The notes below the pieces were generated by a model. The model searched no databases. It saw only the letters and a list, made by a program, of their open reading frames with translations, and was not told the origin of the DNA. A stretch of 62,549 nucleotides of DNA, counting the filler. It is 5 parts of 5 records of this genome, joined end to end, with 100 filler letters (N's around TTAATTAATTAA, not from the genome) between each part and the next. Parts side by side here need not be neighbours in the genome. Positions count along the whole stretch, not along the records: positions 50,282 to 62,549 come from DRR378314_1250; 4 more parts are not named here. One strand, 5' to 3'. Below, piece by piece: positions 51,980 to 61,823 of this stretch; within the stretch, counting starts at the first letter, position 1, and each line of letters opens with the position of its first letter. Both the position numbers and the translations under genes were made by a program.

Positions 51980-52861
51980 TCAGCGGATCATCTGGCGCAT
52001 TTCAGTGAGCAGGGTAGGGAAATCGCGGGCGGTGTATTGGGCTTCGCGGATCAGCGTGTCAAAATCGCTGGTGAAGGTTTCGATCCGGCGGCGGTCGCGG
52101 AAGGCCATGTAATGGCCGCCGGTGTAAAAGACCGCAAGCAGCGGGCCAAAGATGGTGACCGGTGCGGAATAAAGCCGGCGGGCGTCAAACTGGTAGATGC
52201 GCAAACGCGGGTAAAGCTGTTCGGTGAGCGTGATCAGCCGGTCGGTCTGTGCACGGCGGATGGCAGCGGGCAGACCGGTGTAATAGCCGGTGGCCCGGAT
52301 GAAACAGTCGATTTCATAAAGCGGCAGGGCGATTTCATATTCCGAACCGGTCTGGCGCATCCAGTTCAGCCGGTCCTGTGAGGCATTGATGGCCTGTTTT
52401 GCGGTGCGGCCCAGATGCGGGCCATATTCCCATGTCAGCATCTCATCGGTCTTGAGCATATCGGGCAGGGTTGCGGGCACATGGCGGATTTTATAGCCGG
52501 CGGCCTCGCGGTGCCAATCGAAGATCTGTTCGTCGACAAGGGCGCGGGGGGCGTGGCTGACCTCAAAACTGTTGGAGAGCAGATCAGCGGCGGTTTCCGG
52601 GCGGTCCGACAGCCCCAGAAGCCAATCCGAAGAGACCCCAAGCACACTGGCACAGGCCCCGATCACATGAGCCCCGGGCAGGCGGGTGCCGGTATCGCCA
52701 AGCGCCTGAGACAGGGTGGAGCGATCGGTGCCGATGGCGCGGGCGAGGGCGCTTTGGGTGATGCCTGCAGCTTTTATGGCCTGTGCGAGGCGCAGACGAA
52801 ATTCTTGGGCGCGGGTAAGTTTGTTGGGTATTTCAGACATATGGTGATTTATATCACGCAT
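51980..52861 (-). CDS. XRE-family HTH regulator with large C-terminal domain (start may be 52840)
   Basis: ITQSALARAIGTDRSTLSQ..LGVSSDWLLGLS HTH_3 pattern. Confidence 0.85.
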   Translation of the reverse strand: MRDINHHMSEIPNKLTRAQEFRLRLAQAIKAAGITQSALARAIGTDRSTLSQALGDTGTRLPGAHVIGACASVLGVSSDWLLGLSDRPETAADLLSNSFEVSHAPRALVDEQIFDWHREAAGYKIRHVPATLPDMLKTDEMLTWEYGPHLGRTAKQAINASQDRLNWMRQTGSEYEIALPLYEIDCFIRATGYYTGLPAAIRRAQTDRLITLTEQLYPRLRIYQFDARRLYSAPVTIFGPLLAVFYTGGHYMAFRDRRRIETFTSDFDTLIREAQYTARDFPTLLTEMRQMIR

Positions 52862-52945
52862 TCGGGAGGTTGTTAATCATTATTGGAATGGCCGAGGCGA
52901 CGGCGCTGCCGCATGCAGGGCGAAACAAAAAACCGCAGGACTGAT

Positions 52946-53884
52946 ATGAATGCCCCTCATTTGAGCGATCTTGAAACCGTTGTTCTGAACCGGGAGGATG
53001 TCGGATGGCGCTGGCCCACCTTTGGGGTGCTGTCCCTCTGCGCGGTGGTTTGGGGCGGGGCGCTGTTATTGCCATCAGGTTGGGAAGGGCTGCAATGGGG
53101 ATTGTTGGTTTTTGCGCTGACGTTACATTCCTCACTCAGCCATGAGATTTTGCACGATGGGTTTTTCCGCAGCACAGGGGCGAACAGCGCCCTGGGGCTG
53201 TTTCAGCCGGGATTATTTGTGCCCTATCTGCGGTTTCGTGCCCTGCATCTGGAACATCATCGGGATGCGGATCTGACGGACCCCTATGATGATCCCGAAA
53301 GTGCCTATCTGGATCCGGCGGTCTGGCGCAGCTTGCCGGTCTGGCAGCAGCATGTGCTGCGGTTCAACAATACGCTATTGGGGCGGATGGTGGTGGGGCC
53401 GGTGATCGGCATGGCGGGATTTCTGCGCGGGGATCTGCGCCGCATCCGACATGGCGCGCGGGAGGTGATCTGGCATTGGCTGGCCCATCTGCCGGGAGTT
53501 GTGCTGACGCTGTGGCTGGTGTCGCTGTCCTCGGTGTCTCTCTGGGCCTATCTGGGGGCCTGTTACGGCGCAATGTCGGTTCTGCGCATCCGCACCTTTC
53601 TGGAGCATCGCGCCCATGAGCGCAGTGCAGGCCGGTCGGTGGTGATCGAGGATCGGGGTGTATTGGCGTTTTTGTTTCTGAACAATAACTTCCATGCGGT
53701 GCACCATGCCCATCCGCAGGTGGCCTGGTATCATCTGCCCGCGCTTTATCGGGCGGGCAAGGATAAGTTTCTGCTGGGCAATCAGGGCTATGTCTATCGA
53801 TCTTATAGCCAGATCATCGCGCGGTATTTTCTAAGGGCAAAAGACCCTGTGGCACATCCGCTCTGGCAGCCGAAAGAGGATTAA
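52946..53884 (+). CDS. membrane fatty-acid-desaturase-like di-iron protein
   Basis: His boxes HEILH, HLEHH, HAVHH; TM segments; AGGA RBS before ATG 52946. Confidence 0.85.
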   Translation: MNAPHLSDLETVVLNREDVGWRWPTFGVLSLCAVVWGGALLLPSGWEGLQWGLLVFALTLHSSLSHEILHDGFFRSTGANSALGLFQPGLFVPYLRFRALHLEHHRDADLTDPYDDPESAYLDPAVWRSLPVWQQHVLRFNNTLLGRMVVGPVIGMAGFLRGDLRRIRHGAREVIWHWLAHLPGVVLTLWLVSLSSVSLWAYLGACYGAMSVLRIRTFLEHRAHERSAGRSVVIEDRGVLAFLFLNNNFHAVHHAHPQVAWYHLPALYRAGKDKFLLGNQGYVYRSYSQIIARYFLRAKDPVAHPLWQPKED

Positions 53885-53899
53885 GCCTATAGGGGAGGC

Positions 53900-54817
53900 A
53901 TGACAGCGTTTTTGCCTGACCTTTGGATCCTCATTTCCCTGACTGCGGCGGTTTTCCAGACCGTGCGCTTTATGCTGCAAAAACATCTGGCCACTGCAAC
54001 GCTGAGCGCGGCGGGGGCGACGTTTTCGCGGTTCTTTTATGCGCTGCCTTTTGTAACCCTGTTGCTGCTGGCTTATCTCGCGGTTGAAAATGCCACCCTG
54101 CCGGAGGTTGGTGCGGGTTTTTGGGGGTTTGGGCTGCTGGGGGCCTGTTCGCAGATCACTGCCACGGTCTGTGCGGTGCTGTTGTTCAAGCAACGCAATT
54201 TTGCGGTGGGCATGACCTTTACCAAGACAGAGGTGATCCAGACGGTGCTGGTGGGCTGGCTGTTGCTGGGTGAAGGTGTGTCGGCCTTTGGCTTTGTGGC
54301 GATCGCGATCGGGATTGTCGGGCTGTTGCTGTTATCTGCTGTACCCAATGCGACCGGATTCAAACTGCGTGATCTGGGCAACCGGGCCTCGGCGCTGGGG
54401 ATTGCATCGGGGGTGTTGTTTGCCTTTTCTGCGGTCAGTTATCGCGGCGCGACCCTTGCCGTTGCGGCAGATGATCCGTTTTTGCGGGCGGGGCTGACGC
54501 TGGCGGTGGTGGTGGCGATGCAGACGGTGATCATGCTGGTCTGGTTGCGGCTGCGCGAACCGGGGCAGATCGGCGCGGTCTGGCACGCGCGCAAAGTGGC
54601 CGTCTGGATCGGGGTGACCTCGATGGCGGGATCGCTGTGTTGGTTCATCGCTTTTGCCTTGCAGAACGCAGCCTATGTCAAAGCGGTGGGTCAGGTGGAG
54701 ATTATTTTCAGCATTGCGGCTTCGGTTCTGTTCTTTCGTGAAAAGATCTCGGCAAGAGAGTGGCTTGGCATGGCGATCCTGTTGGTGTCGATCCTGCTGC
54801 TGATTTTGGTGATCTGA
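53900..54817 (+). CDS. EamA/DMT family transporter
   Basis: AAVFQTVRFMLQK, RNFAVG..FTKTEV, AAYVKAVGQVE. Confidence 0.85.
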   Translation: MTAFLPDLWILISLTAAVFQTVRFMLQKHLATATLSAAGATFSRFFYALPFVTLLLLAYLAVENATLPEVGAGFWGFGLLGACSQITATVCAVLLFKQRNFAVGMTFTKTEVIQTVLVGWLLLGEGVSAFGFVAIAIGIVGLLLLSAVPNATGFKLRDLGNRASALGIASGVLFAFSAVSYRGATLAVAADDPFLRAGLTLAVVVAMQTVIMLVWLRLREPGQIGAVWHARKVAVWIGVTSMAGSLCWFIAFALQNAAYVKAVGQVEIIFSIAASVLFFREKISAREWLGMAILLVSILLLILVI

Positions 54818-54889
54818 CCGGGCTGGTTTATCCGCAGTCCACGGGCGAAGGCCAAAGGCGTAATGTTCGGGTGCAGTTGGACGTTTGCA

Positions 54890-55585
54890 TTAGCCGTTCA
54901 TCGGTCTGCCACGCAGGCGTAGAAACAGGCTTTCTTCGTCGTTGTTTTTGAAAAACGGCACGGACTCTGGTGGGGTGCGGTCTTTGGCGCGGGCTTCAAC
55001 CTCTGCCATCACCACCTCTGTGATAAACGGCATGTCAAAGGATCGTGCCTCGCTGAGGGGCACCCATTGCAGGTGGCTCAGCTCGTCAGAGGCGGCCTCA
55101 AAATCATCCAGATCAGAGGCAATGTCATCTGCATCCACCAGAAAGAACCTTGCGTCAAACCGGCGGGGGCGGCCCGGTGGGGTCAGGGCACGGAAGCTGA
55201 ATTGCAGGGCGGAGGCGGCGGGCAGGTGGCCAGTGGCGGCGAAAGTTTCCCAATCGGCGGGCGGGGGCCGGTCCCATTCGCCCTTGGTGCCAAGGATCAG
55301 GCCGGTTTCTTCCCAAAGCTCGCGTATGGCGGCGACGGCGATGGCATGGGCCAATGTCGCATCCGCATCTTCACACAGGCGCGTGGCGCAGAGATCGGGC
55401 AGCGGGCTGGCCAGCGGAATATCAGCGTCACCTGCATCTACGGCACCGCCGGGGAAAACGAATTTATTGGGCATAAACACAGCCTTGGCCCCGCGCTGCC
55501 CCATCAGGATGCGTGGTGCGTCAAATCTGTCGCGCAACACGATCACCGTGGCTGCATTGCGTATCTGGCTTTTGTCGATGCTCAT
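54890..55585 (-). CDS. NUDIX hydrolase
   Basis: VFPGGAVD..AAIRELWEETG Nudix box, RRFDARFF. Confidence 0.9.
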   Translation of the reverse strand: MSIDKSQIRNAATVIVLRDRFDAPRILMGQRGAKAVFMPNKFVFPGGAVDAGDADIPLASPLPDLCATRLCEDADATLAHAIAVAAIRELWEETGLILGTKGEWDRPPPADWETFAATGHLPAASALQFSFRALTPPGRPRRFDARFFLVDADDIASDLDDFEAASDELSHLQWVPLSEARSFDMPFITEVVMAEVEARAKDRTPPESVPFFKNNDEESLFLRLRGRPMNG

Positions 55586-55609
55586 GCCTTTATCCCTTTA
55601 CAAGGGATG

Positions 55610-56029
55610 TCAGGTATCGTCCCCGAAACCGCCCATGCCCTTGGCCCACTGAAATCCGATCATTGCGCCTTTCAGTCTGGGCAGAAGGTAGAGGGACAAG
55701 CCGACGCAGCCAACCGCAAAAATGCTGAACAGGGTCAGTGGCTCGGGGCGCCAGGTGACAAAGACGATATGCAACAGCGGTGCCAGCAGGTGGCCGACAA
55801 TCAGGATGGTCAGATAAGCCGGCCCGTCATCCGCGCGGTGGTGGTGGAATTCCTGACGGCACACGGCGCAGTCGTGATTGACCTTGAGATATCCGTTAAG
55901 CAACGGACCGGAGCCGCAGTTGGGGCATTTCCCACGCCAGCCGCGCAGCATCGCCTGCCAACGGGGACGTTCGGTGCTGGGCGCAGAAAAGTCGGCAGGG
56001 GGGTCTGCGAGATGTGCGTGCTCGGTCAT
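55610..56029 (-). CDS. DUF983 family membrane protein
   Basis: CPNCG..C..C Zn ribbon, ADDGPAY, LPRLKG..QW. Confidence 0.88.
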   Translation of the reverse strand: MTEHAHLADPPADFSAPSTERPRWQAMLRGWRGKCPNCGSGPLLNGYLKVNHDCAVCRQEFHHHRADDGPAYLTILIVGHLLAPLLHIVFVTWRPEPLTLFSIFAVGCVGLSLYLLPRLKGAMIGFQWAKGMGGFGDDT

Positions 56030-56222
56030 AGGTATTCCTTTTGATGTCTTTCATTTGCGCCTCATTCGGCGGGAAATAAAGGGCACAGGCGGAAATTGCG
56101 GCGCGATGTCGCAAGTTTCTACAAAAAATGTGAAATATCTGCGACGGAATTCAGCGAACCGCCCGTTTGATGATCACTGGACCCGAAACAATGGGCCCCA
56201 AGATCACAAATGGAGTAACCCA

Positions 56223-56783
56223 ATGATCAATGCGACATATATCAAGATTGCCTTGCTGGCGGGACTTATTGCCGTTGGCGGTACTGCACAGGCCAAGAGC
56301 GGTGACAAGGACACCAAAGCGATGTTCGAGCAGATCGACGCAGATGGCAATGGCGCGGTCACACCTGAAGAGTTGAACGCACATGCGCAGGCCCGTTTTG
56401 CGGCGGCGGATACGGATAGTGACGGGTTTCTGACTGCTGAGGAAATGCAGGCGCAGCGTGTCGATCGTGGCAGCAAGCGTGCCGCCAAGATGTTGGAACG
56501 CCATGACACCAACAAGGATGGCAAGCTGGATGCGGCAGAGCTGGAAGCCGCCTCGGAAGGGCGTCACGGCAAACGGGCGGCCAAGATGATGAAGCGCGTC
56601 GATGCCAATGGCGATGGCAAGCTGTCCTATGAGGAGATGAACGCGCGGCGCGATCCGGCCAAGATGTTCGCCAAGCTGGATGCCAATGATGATGGCAGCC
56701 TGAGTGCGGAGGAATTTGACAAGGCCCGCAAGCATCTGGGCCGGGGGCACCACGGTAAAGATCACGCGCGCAAAGCTGACTGA
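56223..56783 (+). CDS. secreted EF-hand calcium-binding protein
   Basis: Signal peptide and five DxD/NxDG loops (DADGNG, DTDSDG, DTNKDG, DANGDG, DANDDG). Confidence 0.9.
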   Translation: MINATYIKIALLAGLIAVGGTAQAKSGDKDTKAMFEQIDADGNGAVTPEELNAHAQARFAAADTDSDGFLTAEEMQAQRVDRGSKRAAKMLERHDTNKDGKLDAAELEAASEGRHGKRAAKMMKRVDANGDGKLSYEEMNARRDPAKMFAKLDANDDGSLSAEEFDKARKHLGRGHHGKDHARKAD

Positions 56784-56792
56784 GGTATGGAC

Positions 56793-56817
56793 CGGGGGCG
56801 CTTGATTTGCGCCCCCG
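56793..56817 (+). terminator. hairpin between the EF-hand and sigma genes
   Basis: cgggggcgc-ttgattt-gcgcccccg; no T tract, so possibly a stability or attenuation element. Confidence 0.45.
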
Positions 56818-56829
56818 AGACGCTTAGCG

Positions 56830-57429
56830 ATGATGGATATGTCCAACTCTCCTCAGACTGCGCCGGGTGATGATGCCGAGGCGGCCTTGTTGCAGCGCTA
56901 TGCAGCAGGGGATGGTGCAGCGGCAAGGATGTTGGCGACGGCGCTGACGCCGCGACTTTACGCGCATGCGCTGCGCGTCCTGGGGGATACGGCCGAGGCA
57001 GAGGATGTCACACAAGATGCCTTGTTGCGTCTGTGGAAGATTGCGCCGGATTGGCGCAGTGGTGAGGCCAAGGTAAGCACATGGCTCTACCGTGTGGTGG
57101 CCAATCTCTGTACCGACCGCCTGCGCAAGCGGCGCAGCACCGGGTTGGATGATATTGATGAACCTGCTGATACGGCGGCCAGTGTGGAACAACGGATGCA
57201 GGATGCGGCCCGCGCGGATGCCTTGCAAAAGGCGCTGGATTGTTTGCCGGACCGGCAGAGACAGGCGGTGGTCTTGCGCCACATTGATGGGTTGGCCAAC
57301 CCAGAGATTGCAGTGATTCTTGAGACCGGAATCGAAGCGGTGGAAAGCCTGACCGCGCGGGGGAAACGAGCGCTGACGCAGGCCTTGGCCGGACAACGGG
57401 ATGCCTTGGGGTATGAGAATGATGGATGA
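56830..57429 (+). CDS. ECF RNA polymerase sigma factor
   Basis: AEDVTQD, STWLYRVVANLCTDRLRK (region 2), LPDRQRQAVVL..EIA..VESLTARG (region 4). Confidence 0.93.
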   Translation: MMDMSNSPQTAPGDDAEAALLQRYAAGDGAAARMLATALTPRLYAHALRVLGDTAEAEDVTQDALLRLWKIAPDWRSGEAKVSTWLYRVVANLCTDRLRKRRSTGLDDIDEPADTAASVEQRMQDAARADALQKALDCLPDRQRQAVVLRHIDGLANPEIAVILETGIEAVESLTARGKRALTQALAGQRDALGYENDG

Positions 57430-57769
57430 GAATGTGAACGACACAGAGCTTGAGGCCTTGTTTCAACAGGCCCGCGCCACAGCGCCGCAGATGCCTGACG
57501 GGTTGCTGGCACGGGTGCTGTCTGACGCTGAAACCATGCAGCCCGCCCCCCCGCGTCGGGGCTGGCAGGCGGTGTTCAGCGCCTTGGGCGGTTTGCCGGG
57601 TATGGGCGGTTTGATCACGGCAAGCTGTCTGGGGTTTTGGCTGGGCGTGGCACCGCCCACAGGTTTGCCCGATCTGGCGGGCACGGTTCTGGGGATAGAG
57701 AACACGTTGGAGGCGGATATCAATGTGAGTACGTTGACCGCATTCGGTTGGGATATTGAGGAAAGCTAG
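57419..57769 (+). CDS. putative membrane anti-sigma factor
   Basis: Overlaps the sigma stop; short N-terminal helix plus TM GLITASCLGFWLG. Confidence 0.65.
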   Translation: MMDENVNDTELEALFQQARATAPQMPDGLLARVLSDAETMQPAPPRRGWQAVFSALGGLPGMGGLITASCLGFWLGVAPPTGLPDLAGTVLGIENTLEADINVSTLTAFGWDIEES

Positions 57770-57770
57770 G

Positions 57771-58274
57771 ATGACACAGACACCACAGCCACGGCGCACA
57801 AGGGGGCGTGTTCTAAAATGGGCTTTTGGGATGTCCTTGGCGTTGAACCTTGTTTTTGTGGGCATTTTCGCCGGTGCGGCCCTGCGTCATGCCGGGGGTA
57901 AACGAGGCTGGCACCCCAAATCGGAGGCGGGGCATTCTTCCGGCGTGTCTTTTGTGCGGTCCTTGTCGCAGGAAGACAGGCGGGCGCTGCGTGATGATCT
58001 GAAGGACGGGGAAAGGGATTTGCCAAGCCGTGCGGAGCGGCGTGCCCTGCATCAGGAGTTGATCGCGGTTCTGCGCGCCGAACAGTTTGACGCGGCAAAG
58101 CTAGAGCAATTGCTGGCGGCGCAGACAGCGGCGGCGGAACAGTTTTCCGGAGAGGTGCAGGCCGCGTGGTTGCGACGGGTCAGCACCCTGTCGTTGCTGG
58201 AGCGTCAAGAGGTGGCGGAAAGGTTGGACGAGATGCTGAAACGCCCCAAGCGCAAAGGGCCTAAACGCCCGTGA
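57771..58274 (+). CDS. periplasmic heavy-metal sensor (CnrX/Spy-like family)
   Basis: SLALNL..G TM anchor followed by helical repeats (LSQEDR, FD..LEQLL, LSLLER). Confidence 0.75.
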   Translation: MTQTPQPRRTRGRVLKWAFGMSLALNLVFVGIFAGAALRHAGGKRGWHPKSEAGHSSGVSFVRSLSQEDRRALRDDLKDGERDLPSRAERRALHQELIAVLRAEQFDAAKLEQLLAAQTAAAEQFSGEVQAAWLRRVSTLSLLERQEVAERLDEMLKRPKRKGPKRP

Positions 58275-58336
58275 GCGCGGGTTCGCTTGCCCATGGCTGC
58301 GGCGCGGGGTAGGGAGCCTGTGGTCAACGCGGAGCT

Positions 58337-58843
58337 GTGACAGTGGAATTCAAAGACGAAAACGAAGTTCTTGCCGTGGCGCGGGCCTCAACAGGGCGGC
58401 GCATTCTGGGGCTGACGTCCCTTGGATTGCTGGGCGTATTGTTGATTTACATCGCTTTTGTCCGGCCCCCGTCGCTGGGTTGGCAGGTGTTCTTGATCGC
58501 GCTGGGTGCGGGGGCTCTGTGGCTTACCGACAGGATGCGCAGGTCGACTGCCAGCTGGATCGAGCTGACCCCGACGGAATTGCGCGATGGTGATGGCACG
58601 GTGATCGCGCGCGTGGCCGATATTCAAACCATGGACCGCGGCGTTTTTGCCTTCAAACCCTCGAACGGTTTCCTGCTCAAGACCGCAGGTGCATCGCAGG
58701 ATGCACCACGTGCCTGGCGGCCCGGTCTGTGGTGGCGCACAGGGCGGCGCATCGGGATTGGCGGGATGACACCGGGCAGTCAGACCAAATTCATGTCGGA
58801 AGTCTTATCCGCTATGATGGCAACACGCGGCCCGCACCAATAG
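58337..58843 (+). CDS. conserved membrane hypothetical protein
   Basis: Two TM helices, RGVFAFKPSNGF, PGLWWR..IGGM. Confidence 0.7.
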   Translation: MTVEFKDENEVLAVARASTGRRILGLTSLGLLGVLLIYIAFVRPPSLGWQVFLIALGAGALWLTDRMRRSTASWIELTPTELRDGDGTVIARVADIQTMDRGVFAFKPSNGFLLKTAGASQDAPRAWRPGLWWRTGRRIGIGGMTPGSQTKFMSEVLSAMMATRGPHQ

Positions 58844-58909
58844 GGCGGACCGCGTGAGTTTGGGGTAAACAAATACTGGTTACGTGAACGTGCCGTTGCT
58901 CACCGGGAC

Positions 58910-59467
58910 TTAGTTACATTCGAGCCAGCAGACCCGTGGGGCAAAGCGCGGGCGGGTGAAGACAAAGTTGGTGATCTCGCGTTGCTCCAGCCCGGTTTTG
59001 AAGGGCGGCTCATAGGTGCTCCAGGTTTCGACGAGCATGATGCGTTCATTGTCGGGGATCGTCGGCAACCTGTTGACCCAGTCTCTGACGTCGCCATTGC
59101 TGAGTTCCGGCTTGCCACCGCTGGATTTTGACCAGTCCCGATAGAAGCGGGCATTGTCCGCGTCAAAGTAAAGCGAGGTCACCCGCAGTGCGGAATGGCT
59201 TCGGCTGTTGGACATATAGTTAAACAGCTGCAACGACCCATCCAAATAGGCCTGATCCAGCGGTGCCGTCTCACGCGAGATGGAGTCACCGATTGAAAAA
59301 GCGGCCTTGTGGTTGATGCTATAGGTTCTGAAGGCGTGGAAGATCGAAAACACCGACAGGAAGGTCCAGAACATCACCGGCAAGATGATCATTGCTTCAA
59401 CCGCAATGGTGCCGTCATCATTGCGCAGAAAGCCGCGCAGCCGGGTTTTTACACGTGCAATCCACAT
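58910..59467 (-). CDS. TadE/TadF-like pseudopilin
   Basis: DDGTIAVEAMIILP prepilin-like G/xxxxE motif. Confidence 0.82.
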   Translation of the reverse strand: MWIARVKTRLRGFLRNDDGTIAVEAMIILPVMFWTFLSVFSIFHAFRTYSINHKAAFSIGDSISRETAPLDQAYLDGSLQLFNYMSNSRSHSALRVTSLYFDADNARFYRDWSKSSGGKPELSNGDVRDWVNRLPTIPDNERIMLVETWSTYEPPFKTGLEQREITNFVFTRPRFAPRVCWLECN

Positions 59468-59469
59468 CT

Positions 59470-60006
59470 TTACGGCTCCTGTACAAAGGCGGCGATCGAG
59501 ACCATTTTGGCCCGTCCAGTCCCGTCTTTTTCAAATTCACGGCCCAGACCGGTGGTCGGATAGACCGGATTAAACCTGACGCAGGCGCGCAGCATCATCA
59601 TCTGGTTGGCCTCGCCAAGGGTGAAACCGCGCACGGGCTTTGCTGGCTGAGAGGTGTCAACACAGTCGACTTCCGGGTCAAAGCGGGTGAAGGCGCGTGG
59701 GTCCACAGTTGTCATCTCAAGGCGCAGTGTCTCGTCGCAGTTTTCAAGCCACCCTGAATTGTCACAGATCAACTGTTTGATCTCGTTATGCGTAAACGTC
59801 CGGTTGGTGTTCAGGCGGACGTAACGCACCGCAATGTCGAGCCCGCGATCAAGATACATCTGCCGCATGGAGTAGATGCCCATTTCGATCGCCATCAGGA
59901 AGACACTGAACAGCAGGGGAACGAAGATCGCGAATTCGATCAGAAGGGCGGCACCGTCTTCATCACGGCGGAACCGTCGCAGAAACTTATGTACGGGCTG
60001 TATCAT
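59470..60006 (-). CDS. tadE: TadE-like pseudopilin
   Basis: EDGAALLIEFAIFVP, C-terminal FVQEP. Confidence 0.85.
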   Translation of the reverse strand: MIQPVHKFLRRFRRDEDGAALLIEFAIFVPLLFSVFLMAIEMGIYSMRQMYLDRGLDIAVRYVRLNTNRTFTHNEIKQLICDNSGWLENCDETLRLEMTTVDPRAFTRFDPEVDCVDTSQPAKPVRGFTLGEANQMMMLRACVRFNPVYPTTGLGREFEKDGTGRAKMVSIAAFVQEP

Positions 60007-61457
60007 TGTGTGAGCCTCAACTGGTTGATCTGGCGGGCGATGGAGTCAAACGCTTCTGTGATCTCGATACCTTCCACCCGGAAGAAATGGCTGGGTGAGG
60101 AGGCGCAATCACGCATCACGTTGGCACCATGGTCTGTCACTTCGAACCCGATAGACCAGATTACGATATTGTTTTCCTTGGCCGCGTCGCAGATGTCGCT
60201 GAGCAGGCTGTCGGCAAAACTTGGCGTGTATTTGGTGTACTTCCAGCGCCAGTGGTCACGAGAGCGGACATGCCGGTTCAAGTAATAGTTCAGCGGGTAT
60301 TTGCTCCAGTGCAGCCAGTGGCTTTCGCGGGCATAGACATAGTCCTTGACGATGCGCTGGGTCGAAACGTTTTCACCATCGGTCATCAGGATGATGGTTT
60401 TCAATGTTTCGTTTGTGCCGGGGGCATCTGGATCGGGATAGGCGGCAGGCCGGTCGCGGAAGGCTTCGTCAACTTCCGGCAGCGCCGAATTAAATGCCTG
60501 CCATGCCGGATCAAGCATGCCAACACCCCATTTCATGCCCAGATGGATGGCCGTGTTCGCGCGCGGACGGAACTGGTTGATCTGGGCTTTCAGGGCTTCT
60601 TTGTCCTGTGAGAAGGCAGTGATTTCCTCATAGGGCCGTTTCGGGCAGCCTGGGTTGGTGATTGCATCCTCTGAGCGGCTGCCATTCCAGCTATAGCCTG
60701 CATCAAAATGCTGCATGTGTTCATAGGGTTCACTGCCCTGAACATGGCCGGCGTAGATGGCAGGGTAGCCGAAATCAGCATCGGTGAAATCGATGCAGTA
60801 GGAATAATCATGGGTCTGGTCGACATCCATCAGGTCAAAGATATCTTCGCCAGCGTTCACCTGTGCGGTGTAGGGCACAACGGAGACAGAAATCAGGTCT
60901 CTGGTTTCCTCTTTCAGGACGGCATCCAGAAAGGACCCTGCGGCGTCATGCAGGTTTGACATCTTGTTGTTGTGGCGCATGGAGCCGGAGATATCGAGTA
61001 CCATTGAGATCTCGACCTTGTTTACCTTTTCTTCGGCAGTCGAAACACTTGGCACTGACAATGAGTCAACACCAAGGAAGTCCATGAATTGCGTGTCGAC
61101 ATTGGCTGTGGCATCAACTGTTACCGTGCGGTAGTTCAGCCCCTGATCCACAGTCACTTCGGAAACGAAGTCGGCCATGCCAGATTTGGCAAAGTAATCC
61201 CGCACAACCGCTTCGGGTTGCAGTCGCTGGTCCAGGTCGGCGGCAGCAAGAACAGCACGGTCGGCCACCGCTTGAATGCGGGTCCGTTCCATTTCGTGGC
61301 GCATCATGTCCACTCCGATGCCACCAACCATGATCATCATGAAAACCATGAAACAGGCAAAGATGGTGACAACCCCGTCCTCGTCCTTTGCAAAATTGCG
61401 ATAGAATGTCGCCAGATCACTTAGATCAGCGCGTTTTTTACGCAGTAGTTGTGTCAT
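60003..61457 (-). CDS. tadG: TadG-like pilus protein with von Willebrand A domain
   Basis: EDG + TM, GGIGVD..R, MIDAS LDISGSM, LMTDGEN, F..IA..I..LRLTQ end. Confidence 0.87.
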   Translation of the reverse strand: MTQLLRKKRADLSDLATFYRNFAKDEDGVVTIFACFMVFMMIMVGGIGVDMMRHEMERTRIQAVADRAVLAAADLDQRLQPEAVVRDYFAKSGMADFVSEVTVDQGLNYRTVTVDATANVDTQFMDFLGVDSLSVPSVSTAEEKVNKVEISMVLDISGSMRHNNKMSNLHDAAGSFLDAVLKEETRDLISVSVVPYTAQVNAGEDIFDLMDVDQTHDYSYCIDFTDADFGYPAIYAGHVQGSEPYEHMQHFDAGYSWNGSRSEDAITNPGCPKRPYEEITAFSQDKEALKAQINQFRPRANTAIHLGMKWGVGMLDPAWQAFNSALPEVDEAFRDRPAAYPDPDAPGTNETLKTIILMTDGENVSTQRIVKDYVYARESHWLHWSKYPLNYYLNRHVRSRDHWRWKYTKYTPSFADSLLSDICDAAKENNIVIWSIGFEVTDHGANVMRDCASSPSHFFRVEGIEITEAFDSIARQINQLRLTQ

Positions 61458-61691
61458 CGTAGTTAACCTTTCCAGCCAAACCCCTTCAGGGCGTCCCAGA
61501 CAAACGGGCGGACTTTTCCTTGCGACTGTTGTGACGTGCCAACGTGGCGGAAATGGGGCGAATTATTGGCAAATACGGGCATTTTATGTGGTTTTTAATC
61601 AACTGTGAGGCCGGAATCATTGGGGCTGTTTCCGGCTTGTGGACAGTCCTCGCTTTGTCGCCTGATTCTTGCCCTGCACAAGAGATGGCAT

Positions 61692-61707
61692 GTTAACGAT
61701 GAATAAA
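61692..61707 (-). promoter_or_regulatory. possible CtrA box upstream of tadG
   Basis: Minus strand TTTA-N7-TTAAC, one mismatch to TTAA-N7-TTAAC. Confidence 0.35.
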
Positions 61708-61823
61708 GTCGCACCTTGCAAACTCGGGGGTTAGGGTAACGGCGGGGCATCCAACAGGTTGCTGAGTCGCAATAGCGATGAGGCACCCAGACCGCTGCCC
61801 TCGAACATGGACAGGAGAGACCG

